A stretch of DNA of 64,000 bases. Origin: Ylistrum balloti (lineage: Eukaryota). Of this stretch, positions 25,254-36,261 are shown one piece after another. The stretch is taken from the NCBI RefSeq assembly GCF_031769215.1, contig NW_026782083.1, positions 620,001 through 684,000 of the forward strand, in the 5' to 3' direction. The position numbers and the translations under genes are program-made. How positions within the stretch are numbered: position 1 is the stretch's first letter; every line of letters begins with the position of its first letter. Below the pieces are notes generated by a model that worked only from the letters and a program-made list of their open reading frames with translations, searched no databases and was not told where the DNA came from.

Positions 25254-26996
25254 TTTTATACTTATAGGATCCTTACAACACTAGGTTCACTGGCTATTCC
25301 TTCCATTCCAAGCGCTTCAATAGTAACAATCATCATAATCTTATCCTCACTCAGCATTGACACAACGTCTGTGGGAGTATTGATGGCATTGGAATGGTAC
25401 ACGTAAGTATAACACACATCAGTGGGGGTAGTAGTTACACTACAATAGTACACGTAAGTATAACACACATCAGTGGGGGTAGTAGTTACACTACAATAGT
25501 ACACGTAAGTATAACACACATCAGTGGGGGTATTAGTTACACTGGACTGTTTCACTCCTTTCTGATGTAAAAATTAAGCGAAGTCTTTCTGAAAACTAAC
25601 GTGACAACCAAATGCCATTTTATTTATGTAAACATATAATTAACCAAGGGAAGTGGTTGTTTAAAACAGGATGACATCAAATGTTTCGCGATACTTTTTG
25701 TGAGGGATTTAATGCTCCTTTAAAACTTTTGAGAGTGGATATATTCGCCGTTTCGCCCGTCCTTCTATGTCCAGAGTATACCTTTGCCTACAGTTAGGCA
25801 GGGATAATGAAATTCGGTTTAAACATTGGTAATAAAAATGCGAGGTGCCGTGTACAAATTCAAAGGCCCAAAACTCATTGATTACATTGTTATTGCCCTT
25901 TGGTTTAAATAATATTTTATTTTCAGATTTTCATTTACAACATACACATACACAAATTATAAAATTGAAAATGGATCTGGCAACAAGATTATGAATCTTA
26001 TATTAGGCCATATTGCCCTTTGATAAAAGTTCATGACCAGAGATTAATTATCAATTGTATGCATGTAATCCGGGATAATGTACCTTGATGTATACATTTA
26101 TTTCAAGTTTATTGTTCACAAATACAAATAGGATAAGAAAACAGGCAATACCTATATTAGAACTCTCCTGACAGAAAAACACACATTGAATATATAGAGT
26201 ACGATGCGCATTATACCAAATTCAGAGTCCTTAACCTTTCTATTAGAGAGTTATTTCCTATTGCTTAAACTTTCTTGTTTGAAACATAACTTTGCTTTTA
26301 TCAAAACTGGGATAAAACCTGATGTATTGAACACATTGATCATATTAAGAAGATGTGCAGTGTACAAAATTCAGACCCTACAACTCCTTAGTAACAGAGT
26401 TATTGCCCTGAGTTAAAATTTCTTGTTTCGTTTAAACTAGGATAATGAACCTTTGTGATTATATTAATCATACAAAGAAAATATGTAGTGAATCAATATT
26501 TGGGCCCACAAACGATTAATTACAAATTTGCTGTTCATGTTGGTGTCCGGAGTATGATTCAGCAAGCGTTTAAGATAGGATACAGGGCATGCAACCCCTT
26601 AATTACAGAGTCATTTCACCTTTTTAAGTTTTTGTGTCCAGAGTATAACTTTGCTTTTATTTAAGCGAGGACAATGAAACTGGGTATATACATAAGTCAT
26701 ATTAATAGGATGTGCAGTGTATCACATTAAGTACCTGCAACCCCTACATTACCGAATTATTGCATTCTGTTAAAAATTTGTGTCCAATAATGTCCTTTTC
26801 GGCCATTCATTAGTTTCTTTTACACTTTTGATATATGATTAAGATGGCAGCCTAAAATATATACAACCGTTATCGCATTTATTAATTTTAAATTCCTTTA
26901 TTTCACAGAGATCGGATGCGGGCGACATGTAATATGTTGCATATGGTAACGTGTACTATCGTGGTGGACAAACTGTGTTCTCCACAGCTACTGTGA
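19436..26996 (+). CDS. SLC1A: SLC1A-family (dicarboxylate/amino acid:cation symporter, EAAT-like) transporter, divergent paralog B, at least 473 aa
   Basis: Exons 19436-19635, 19978-20052, 20334-20456, 20744-20834, 21408-21450, 21650-21761, 22417-22543, 22804-23037, 23989-24183, 25268-25402, 26909-26996. All are AG/GT-bounded, phase-consistent and stop-free. Motifs: GLPGEMFMNLLKM, DPKSNGRI, RNIIPDNI, TNVLG, RKNPF, HP1 FGPSSS, VDKRVSSFVIP, HP2 SIPSAS, EWYTDRMR. The first exon shown starts in phase 2 with no in-frame ATG upstream, so a start exon is missing or unlocated. Confidence 0.93.
23060..23133 (+). pseudogene. Degenerate tandem copy of the 3' end of SLC1A-B exon 8 with its donor
   Basis: ccattcacgtccctactgagcacagcacggtcttgaatggttgtattgtgtcctcctaactt-gtaag versus exon ccttttacattcctcctgagtacagcacggacctggatgacagtattcggtccttccagctc-gtaag. 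Confidence 0.8.
24356..24943 (+). repeat. 42-bp minisatellite, 14 near-perfect copies, SLC1A-B intron 9
   Basis: Unit aaatatacacctacacatagagttggattatctttgttcagt; only two single-base variants seen. Confidence 0.97.
25193..25250 (+). repeat. (GAT)n microsatellite directly upstream of the exon-10 polypyrimidine tract
   Basis: gatgatgattatgatgatgattatgatgatgat... followed by tttttttatacttatag|G. Confidence 0.9.
25386..25545 (+). repeat. Three-copy version of the 51-bp donor-containing minisatellite at SLC1A-B exon 10
   Basis: gcattggaatggtacac|GTAAGTataacacacatcagtgggggtagtagttacactacaatagtacacGTAAGT...; the authentic donor is at 25403. Confidence 0.95.
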
Positions 26997-28443
26997 CGTG
27001 AACCGATCAGAAAGGATAATCTTATATTAACTGATATTTTGTATTAATGTAACAAACGAAATTAAAAAGACTAGATTATCATATCACAGGGGAAATGTCT
27101 GTTTTTTTCTATATTTTCAATTGCTTGAAGCTTTTATATTTTAAGGTTCTGATTTTGAACGGTTTAAAACAAGCAATCATATAGTGGAGTTGTATTGACG
27201 TTTTCAAATTTAAGTTCGTTTTTATCTTCAAACTGTTTTCAAAATATAATTATTTTTATACGAAAAAACGTATTCATTATATTTTGTGACAGCTTTTGAA
27301 CGTGTTATAGCCCGTTATTGGAATTCCTAGACAGTTGTAAGTATAAAATCATTGGAAGGATGGCTATATTGAATTTCCGAGATAACAATGAGAGTTATTA
27401 GCGCAAGAGTAATAATATCATAACTGACAAGAGGATAGAACAATACAAATAATTCTTTGTAACCATGACAACCGTCATTTCAATCAAAGTCAGCTTCTTA
27501 ATCTTAAACCACGAAACCACGAAGTATATTGATATATAACAATTATTGAATTTAATAGGGTTGGGATATGCAAGACATGGCAAAAACAAACTATGCTCCA
27601 ACATATAATGGTGCACGTTGTTTGTCAAAGAAAAGAAAGATTCTAAGATATATATATTTTTTCTACCCCTTTTTGAACAATATGGAATACATGTGAAATT
27701 GTAATGTATCCTTGATAAGGTTAATGCATATTAATAATGATAATAATAAACTTGGCTAACAAGTAGATTTGAGCATTAACACTTTAATTTCATATATTGT
27801 AAAGATGCATTGCTACTTGCCAATATTCCAGGACGTCATAACAAAGGCGACTATGTGACTTCATAATGAAATAACGAATAAATATTCTTTTAAGCGATAC
27901 TGTTTAGTATTGGTTTGAACTTTCAGTGAGATTTTCTTAATATAGTTTATAAAGTGGAAAAAATTAAATGCTTTCTTTCCGATAATGTCCAAATTGTTGT
28001 TAACTTTTATTTTCCTGTATTCTGGAAATTGAATACGTTGTTTGTCCATCCTTACGCGGGCCCGCACTGTAGCGTCAGTTTTTCCTATGTAAAACCCACT
28101 GCACCCCGAGTGAATTTGGTCCCTCTAAAATAGTGCGATTCCCCTTCTTGTGCATATCGGGAGGTACCACATCATACATCTTCAAGTTATATTACACTGG
28201 TGTTTTTGAAATCTGGATTTACACAGGAGCCATTTTAAGTTTTTTCGGTTGTGTTTTGCTTTCTGTTCATTTGATTTTCTCTTAGACTTCATTCATTGTT
28301 TCATCCTGTTTGAATAATTCCTGCATTTGTTGTACTGTGGCAGAAATATACTGTTTCGCCGGTTAAGGGTTGTTACTAATGCTATCACAGGTTCACTTCA
28401 CCATTGTGTCGACTACTGGATTTGAATGGAATAAACCGTGCTT

Positions 28444-31015
28444 TAATAATAATAAATAATTATACACACTTATATAGCGCCCTATATAATTTCACAAGTT
28501 ACTCTAAGGTACTTTACAGTGCATGTAAAATTTCAGTCATGGTATCAATAATACATTTTAAATCTACATATATGTATGATATGCTGATCATGGTGTCCGC
28601 ATGATCACCAGAAAAACACCACATGTATGTTCACGTAGCAAAAATTACTAGTTTAAGAAAAAGCACACCTGAACAGATTTGTCTTAACACCCTTTTTGAA
28701 AGTGGCGAGTGTTGTTGATTTCCTGGTTTGTGATGGTAGGTTATTCCACAGTGTGGCGGCAACCTCCCCAAAACATCGGTCACCATAAGTCACAGTACGC
28801 GACTTAGGCACACATAGCAGGGACTCAGCCTCTGACCGTAATGAACGTGAAGGCTGGTAGGGAGTGTTGAGCTCTGTCAGATAACCGGAAGCTGTTCCAT
28901 CGAGTGCTTTGTAGGTATGCATCATAATCTTGTATACTGTGACCTATAATGCACAGGTAACCAATGTAAGGAATGTAGCACGGGTGCAATGTGCTCACGT
29001 TTTCTAGTACTGGAAACCAGACGCGCAGCAGTGTTCTGGACTTTCTGCAGGCGTCAAGTTGCAGTGTGCGCCCAGGTTTTTAACAACTGGAGCTGCCTTT
29101 ATGGCTTTTGTACCAACTTTAAGCTGGATATCGTGTGTCTGCTGATGCTTTGGTGCGAAAACAATGAATTCCGTCTTATCCTGGCTAAGCTTTAGCATAT
29201 TGGCGTTCATCCAGGCACTGATGTCTACCAGGCAGGCCCCCATGTTATGCGCGATGGTATCCCAGTTATGTTTAGGTCTGATAACAATATATATCTGTAT
29301 GTCGTCTACATAGCAATGGTAAAGCAGGTTATGGCGACGACAGATCTCATCAATTGGTTTCGAGTACAGACAGTACTTGCGAGGTCCAAGCACCGACCCT
29401 TGTGGAACACCAAATCCAAGGATTTTATCATCGGATGTGGCTGATCCTGTGGCCACACACTGTCGTCTGTCACTCAGATAGGACTGAATCCATCGTAAAG
29501 CGCCCCATTGACTCCATAAGAGTATTCCAGACAGTTAAAAAGTATGTGGCTGATCAATGACGTCAAATGCTGCGGATAGGTCCAGCATAACAAGCACTGC
29601 TCTGCACTCGTTATCTAAGGCTGCAACAATATCGCTGTGTGCGCGAATGAGTGCTGTTTCAGTGGAGTGTCCTGTGCGGTAGGCTGATTGCAGGTTATCG
29701 TGCAAACTGTTTGCATGCAGATGCAAATCTAAACGCTTGGAAATAATCTTCTCTAGTATCTTTGATAAGAATGGAAGATTTGATACGGGACGGTAGTTTT
29801 TTAATTCCTCCTTTTCAGCCCAGACCTCTTAATTAATGGTTTGACATTAGCAAATTTGAATCACAATGGTACCTTTAAATCGGCCAATGATTTATTCATG
29901 ATCGAGGTAATCAAAGGAAGCAATGCTTCAAGACATTGCTTTAGTAGACTTGTGGGAAGCGGATCCAGCTCACAGGGCTTAGATGGCGAGTTGGTAATAA
30001 TCTTGCGCACCTCGTCCTCAGTTGTTAGTGTGAGCTGTGTCAATGCTTCGCCATCAGATGGTGTTTCAGCTGTCATTACAAGGTTATCACTGTTGACTAG
30101 ACTGTTCACAGTACCAATGTTCGTTCTGATAGTCTTGTTTTTTTTCAAGAAAGAATTACTGAACTTGGTAGATGAACAGTTTGGTAGGATTGTATCGCCA
30201 TTCTGGCCCATAAGATTTTGCTGAGCCTGAAAAGTTGCTTATGGTCGGTACCACATTCTGCTATCTCATCTGAATAGTAATTCTGTTTTGCATGAACAAG
30301 CAGCAACCCGACTAGCCAACATTGATCCTTGTAGATCTGTTGGTGGATTGACAGTAGTATTCTGCGCCATTGTCTCTCTGCTTTTCTTCGCTTCTGCTTT
30401 GCCTTGAGCAATTCCTCTGTATAGCAGGGAGCATTTGGTCTGTTGGTAATCACCTTGGTCTGCAGCGGTGCATGTTTGTCTATCAGGTCATTTATACCAG
30501 AATTGAATGCTTCGACAAGATCGTCTACCCCACCAGCAGTTGACTGTAGTGTGTGAGAGGATTCAATGTCTCTAATGAAATCTGGTACAGAAATTTCACA
30601 ATATCTCCGGAAACTGACCTCCTTTCTAATGCGACCTGGTTTACCACAACTGAGTGTAGTATGCATCGGAAGGTGATCACAAGATGGGTTCCCCTTGACA
30701 TCACTAAGGCACGGGTCTACGACAGATGGTACTCCATAAATGATCGCGCTATTTTCTCTTGTGATAACCACATCGAGTGTATGGCCATGAACATGTGTAA
30801 CTTTAGTCACATGTTGCACCACAAGCATCTAGTAGCTCAGAGAACTGACGAGAATCAGCGTTTATTGGGTCGTCTAGATGGAAATTGAGATCACCTGTTA
30901 TAATGATCTCATGTGGTATTACAACCTGATGGTCCAGCCAGTTAGACCACTCTTCGAAAAACAAGCGGCAAAAGGGAAGTATATCTCCATTAAAAATGGT
31001 GTTCTTAAATCAATT
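28444..31015 (-). mobile_element. 5'-truncated L2/CR1-clade LINE (partial APE + RT + C-terminus), frameshifted
   Basis: APE end IIITGDLNFHLD and GHTLDVVITR; KPCELDPLP; NLQSAYRTGHSTETAL; LDLSAAFD; GVPQGSVLGP; YVDDIQIY; NMLKLSQDKTE; YGDRCF...LWNNLP. The 3' end gcgctatataag...(tta)n tail is typical of L2. No target-site duplication seen. Confidence 0.95.
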
Positions 31016-31699
31016 CAGACACAGTAATGTGTAAACACAAAACAAAAATCATTACAGGAACTCATTTACGAAGATTTGAAAAAGAGGGATTTTCCTATAG
31101 TGAATATCCCATTGTTACAAACAGATGTAGTAATAGCCATCCCAGATCCCCCAGCTTACCGTGTCTGCATGTCACATTTAATTTGGTATTAAAGGATTTG
31201 TTGTCAATATCACATTTTGACATAAATGCAGTTTGATGAAAACAGAAGTTTTATGGTTGCTATAATGATCTCATTCGGATCTATTCTCGCGCTGTTCCTG
31301 TTGGCCCGCAATGTCCTGATTTCTGGTTTACAATGAACGAAACAATTGAAAATTGAATTGAGATCTAGCAATTTAACTCTTATGTTCCCAAGTATGAGTA
31401 CAACCCATGGGAAAAATCAGGTCTGCTAAAAGATGGGGCAGAGATTGTCTTGCTCCAAAGCTGTCATATGGTCAGTGTGAATTAAAGTCATAACCGTGAA
31501 CTTATGGACATCGTATTTCATCGTTGCCCCCTTTTTTCTTTCACTTTCTCTCTCCCCCAGCCCCTTCCATGACAGATGATTTATTTTAGTTTTTGACCAA
31601 AAAATTATCGTTTGCCTTCCTTCCGGAAAAGAAAATCCTGAAAGAAATACGTAATGAGCGTTTCTCAAATGTTTGTGGAATGGGAGTAACAGAACAGAA

Positions 31700-32610
31700 G
31701 AAACAATATCAGGATCACAGGTTTAAAATGCTTTGGGTGTTCTTAATACATTACAAGTATGCATAAATAGCGGTAGTAAACCAGATTTTAAATTCATTAT
31801 AAACAAGAGAGCCAAGGCTATTAAGGTCATCCGATAATCGCTGCATGGATGGACAAACCACAGAATTTTTGCAGATGATGGTCTGACAAATCTGATGAAA
31901 TCCCACCATGATATTTCAGACCACATTTGGTATAAATCCCTAGGGGCCGTATCAACTTCCTGAATGTAAGAAATGATTCTCCATGCTCAATGATGTTTCA
32001 GACCAAAAATACGGTTTAAATTTAATCAAGCATTACCAAAGAGTAGCATTTTGAAGATAAATATTGACTAACTTCCCCATTTCCGGCCTCATCGCCCACA
32101 GGTCACTAAGAATCAAATCAACTTTCTAAATCTTTGAAATGATAACGAACCTGTCATAATATTTCAGACCCAGTTTGGTTGAAATCTACCAAGGCAATAG
32201 AGTTGCATTTTGAAGCAAAATATTGCCGAATTTCCACTTTTGGGGCCCTATCCCCCAGTCCCTAGGGGTTAAATCAAATTTTTCAATTGAAGAAATAATT
32301 GCTCACTCTAACTGATGAATCAGGCCAAAGCTTGTTGAAATCAACTAGGCAGGAAGGAGGAGTAGAGATCTAAAGCTAATTTCAGCACCTCTACCTTTGG
32401 GGCCCTGTCCCTGGACCCTTAGGTGTCGAATCAAAATTTTGAATTTGACAAATGATAACCCTCACCTATGGTGCATCAGACCATACAAAGTTGGGTGAAA
32501 TCCATCAAGGTATGAAAGAGGAATGGGGTTTTAAAGAAGAAGTCTATTACAACGACAGAGGAAGCATAATGGCTCTAAATCATCTTGACCATTTGGGTCA
32601 GATAAAAAGG
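31700..32610 (+). mobile_element. Non-autonomous interspersed element (Helitron/Helentron-associated-like) with internally repeated modules
   Basis: Repeated atatttcagacc..tttggt..aaatc, tagcattttgaag and ggggccc modules. It ends acaacgacagaggaagcataatggct...tgaccatttgggtca (terminal palindrome). Confidence 0.55.
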
Positions 32611-32671
32611 CATGTCCGTATCATTTCCATACACGTCTAATTGGAAAGCTTTGAAAAGACAATTCAAATGA

Positions 32672-32925
32672 ACCATCCTCACGTCGCCAGAACACTGTCA
32701 GAACACTGCCAGAACACTGTTGGTGAGATGATACCCAGCAACAGGAGGCATCACGGAGTCAGAAACCTTGTTAACCAACCAACCAATGAATCGTCCTCAT
32801 GTTGCCAGAACACTGTCAGAACACTGACACTGCCAGAACACTGTTGGTGAGATGATACCCGGCAACAGGAGGCATCACAGCGTCAGAAAACCTGTTAACC
32901 AACCAACCAACCAATGAATCATCTT
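32672..32925. repeat. About 118-bp tandem duplication with internal 10-bp cagaacactg repeats and (CCAA)n
   Basis: Two copies of gccagaacactg...ggtgagatgataccc..caacaggaggcatcac...ttaaccaaccaaccaatgaatc. Confidence 0.85.
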
Positions 32926-32978
32926 AAGATACAACACAAAATGCATATTTTTTCATATTTGTTTAATTGTCAATAATA

Positions 32979-32984
32979 TTTATT
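32979..32984 (-). terminator. Candidate distal poly(A) signal (AATAAA on minus) for RIPOR, implying a 3' UTR of about 3.3 kb
   Basis: tttatt at 32979-32984, at the edge between apparently unique sequence and the repeat block. Other AATAAA copies exist at about 33250 and 33503, so usage is unproven. Confidence 0.3.
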
Positions 32985-35900
32985 TGTATGAACATGTCCC
33001 TAACTGGGTAATTATCATTGGTAGATGGTGACTAGATCTCTGTACCTATATGTACACTTCATTACACAAGTACAGTGACACCTACACACATAAGTAATTC
33101 CATATACAGGTAAGAAAATAAGGCAAAGCTAACAATAACTTTGTTTCCAGGTAATTATAAATAAGACCGAGATACAGACATATTTCCTGTATCACAGAAA
33201 ATCATGCCTTTCTCTTTGGTTCCTTCCTTATGATGCTGTTAAATGTGTCTTTATTTCATGGATTTTGATAAGAAATGCAATCAGGAAATTACAAAAGTAA
33301 ACAGTTTCTGAGCCATCATCTGAAACTTCCATCTATATATTATAAACATCCAGATACAAGAATCAGTCTTCTAAAGGCATAATTTTCATGACGCCAAGAT
33401 ATATATATATATTTTGTTAACTTCAAGCTGATCTGATTTTTTTCAAGTCATAATCAAATACCAAGAACTATAAAACATAATTCTGATTCTAAAATCCAAC
33501 TTATTTATTGTGTGGGTGCTAAATTTCTTCCAACATCACAAAGAACATTGAAATGGAAGCTTTGGACAGGTGACCACACCTGATTGCAGAACAGGAAAAC
33601 ATATAGATAAGGGAGATTTTGTCATGTTTCGAGGTTAGGAATGTATGTAACAAACAAGACAGATATATAGTAAAGACTCTTATAAAAAGCCACATTAAAA
33701 TCTGTTGTAAAGTACATCTGAACCCTTATACATAAGCCACTACCCCATATTGCTTACCTCTAGGGGGCTAGAATACATGTCATAAATGTAGCTACTGCTC
33801 CTTAAGTCCTGTCAATTGAACTTGAATTTTGAGAACAATTAAAACGTGGGGTTAAAAGACTATTTTTTCTCTCTTTTTGTACTTGTTTGATATATAAACT
33901 GCAAAGGCAAGAATTCAAATATAATTCAGGATTACTAAAAAAATTTAAAAGTCTATTCTTAAATACAGAAGTACTAAGAGGTGTACTTCCTAACACTTTG
34001 CTCTAAGACTTTTGCTATACAAATATAACTACATGGAACATTTCAAATTTTGACATTATATCTTAGCAAGAAAACATTTTCCCACAGAACAATGATTTGG
34101 ATAAAAACAATGCACCTTAAACAGGTATAATACAGTGATGTCTATAAAGTTATAGGGCATGATATTTGCATCAAAGCAGAATTATCTCAGAAATTATTCA
34201 ATGCTGATTCTTTAGGAAGACATTAGTTGTATAGCTAAAACTAAATAAATACATCGTTATGGCAAGTACTTTATGTTGTATATGAATATATTGTGACAAT
34301 TTCACATATATAAGTTAATAGACTACATCAAGTTTAAAATGATGTTGTGGAGAATTCTTTACAATGTAAAAATTTACCAGAAGATGAAACAATTTCCTAC
34401 ACTGTTGTGGATATTTAAAGCAGGCCATTTAGATATTATTCCTGCTTATTTCTGTAGATTGAAATAAAAATCCTCTTCCTCCTCCTCCTCCCCAATTATC
34501 TTTGTTTCTTTGATATGTCTTTATCAATAGTGCTAATTGTTTTTGTCAATTAATCATTAAAAAGATAATAATCCAGATCAGCTAAACAAATTAAATGGAA
34601 TGAGATTATATTTCTTGTATTTTTCATGTGCATTAGGTAACATATCACTTAATATCATAAAATATTCCTTTTAAGTTTGAAAAAAAAAGAAAAAACCCAA
34701 ACAAACGAAGAAAAGTTCAATATTTTGAATCACAAATATGTATCTAGCATGTGAAAATTATGAAAACAAATACCACGGCCTTTTTTGTTTATCGGTTTGA
34801 GCAAATGAACCAGGATTTTTCCTTCACGAAATAAGGACAAGTATACTGATAGCATTAAGCTATCTGATGAAGCTTGATTTTAAGCCTTTCCAGGTGTCTA
34901 GTTATATTAGCAGGTCCATCTCTATTCATACCACAAATCTGAAATCAGGTGAATGATCTGTTATAACAATAGATCTAAGGGAGATAACTCCAACATTGTA
35001 TCAGGATTACCTTCCCTAAATCGGAACATCACAAAAGTGACACACATGAAATATTTGTAGAGTTGTATAGAACAATCCTTCCAATCATTGTCATTATCAT
35101 CACAGGTAAAAATATTTATATCTATATAAATGTATACAACACAAGCTTGTCTTCCAAGATGACACATCACATCCTAGGATTCACTGAATCGTTGATAGAC
35201 ATCACAGCTCCACACAAAAACTTCATCATATAATCTCGCTTACTTGTGACATGTACATATTGCTAACACCTCCTTATTCAACATAAGTCTGGACTAATCG
35301 GGTAAACTTTAGAAATTTTCCACTTCTAGTTTGGCAACTATTATGTGTTAACTTGTGTAAACAACCTGCTTCAGCTTGTGAGGCTGTTACACTATTGTTA
35401 TAACATTAGTCATGATAAAGTTTATTACAATACCATTCTCATGACTTCCAAGTCTTGTATTCAGGACAGATGTATTCTGAAAGTTGTCCAACGCCATAAT
35501 ATCATCACCTTTCAGAATTGCTGTCTCGTATATTGCACTATTTTGACTGTACAAAAATGAACATCACAATATAAAGCATGATGAAGTGTTAATGAGTATG
35601 TCAACATTGCTTTCTTTGTAAGTTCTCTTCCTTAGACACCACAGATCTGGTTATTTCAGAGAAATATAAGTATCTGTAGATACTGACCAATAACACCTGT
35701 ATTCAAGTCTAACAATATATTGCACATAACCACATCTTTTCCATCCTGGTGTCTATAATGATCATCGTTCCTACATATGTCTAGCCACCTTTTTCTGCTT
35801 CACATATACAGCCAGTCAGTACAATCTGTTATGGTGTCTCCCACATTAAATGTGGATCATCCATTCTGACCAGTTTCTGCAATATCATATCCACACATTC

Positions 35901-36261
35901 TATAGATCACACACATCATAGATCTGTTGTCATTATGAATCACAGCACTAGATATAATTGCATTGTTTCAATTTTCAGCACTAGCAATCCAATGCAGATC
36001 AGTCTCCTTTGACTTAAGCAATAGAGGAACAATGTATACAAGAAATCCTTACAGATTTCAGCACTACATGGATCAATAGTTATATCACTGTAAGAGGAAA
36101 GCTCCATTAGCGGTTTGTATCTGGTGTCCCAGTGACAAGTACCACAATGATTTCTCCAGTCAGACGAGTACTCATTATGTCCTCACAATTTATGATCTTG
36201 GTGACTGTTTGCACACTATGACAAATGATATCAACATTATCACAGCACTCGTTGGTAACCC

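Noticed and set aside
34864-34890. Other CTGATGA cores (8395, 32315, 34864)
   Set aside because: They lack the stem II-GAAA-NUH-stem I arrangement.
33000-36250. Short ORFs downstream of RIPOR and most other 60-120-aa ORFs in the track
   Set aside because: AT-rich, low-complexity translations without splice support or recognisable motifs; consistent with UTR, intron or intergenic noise.
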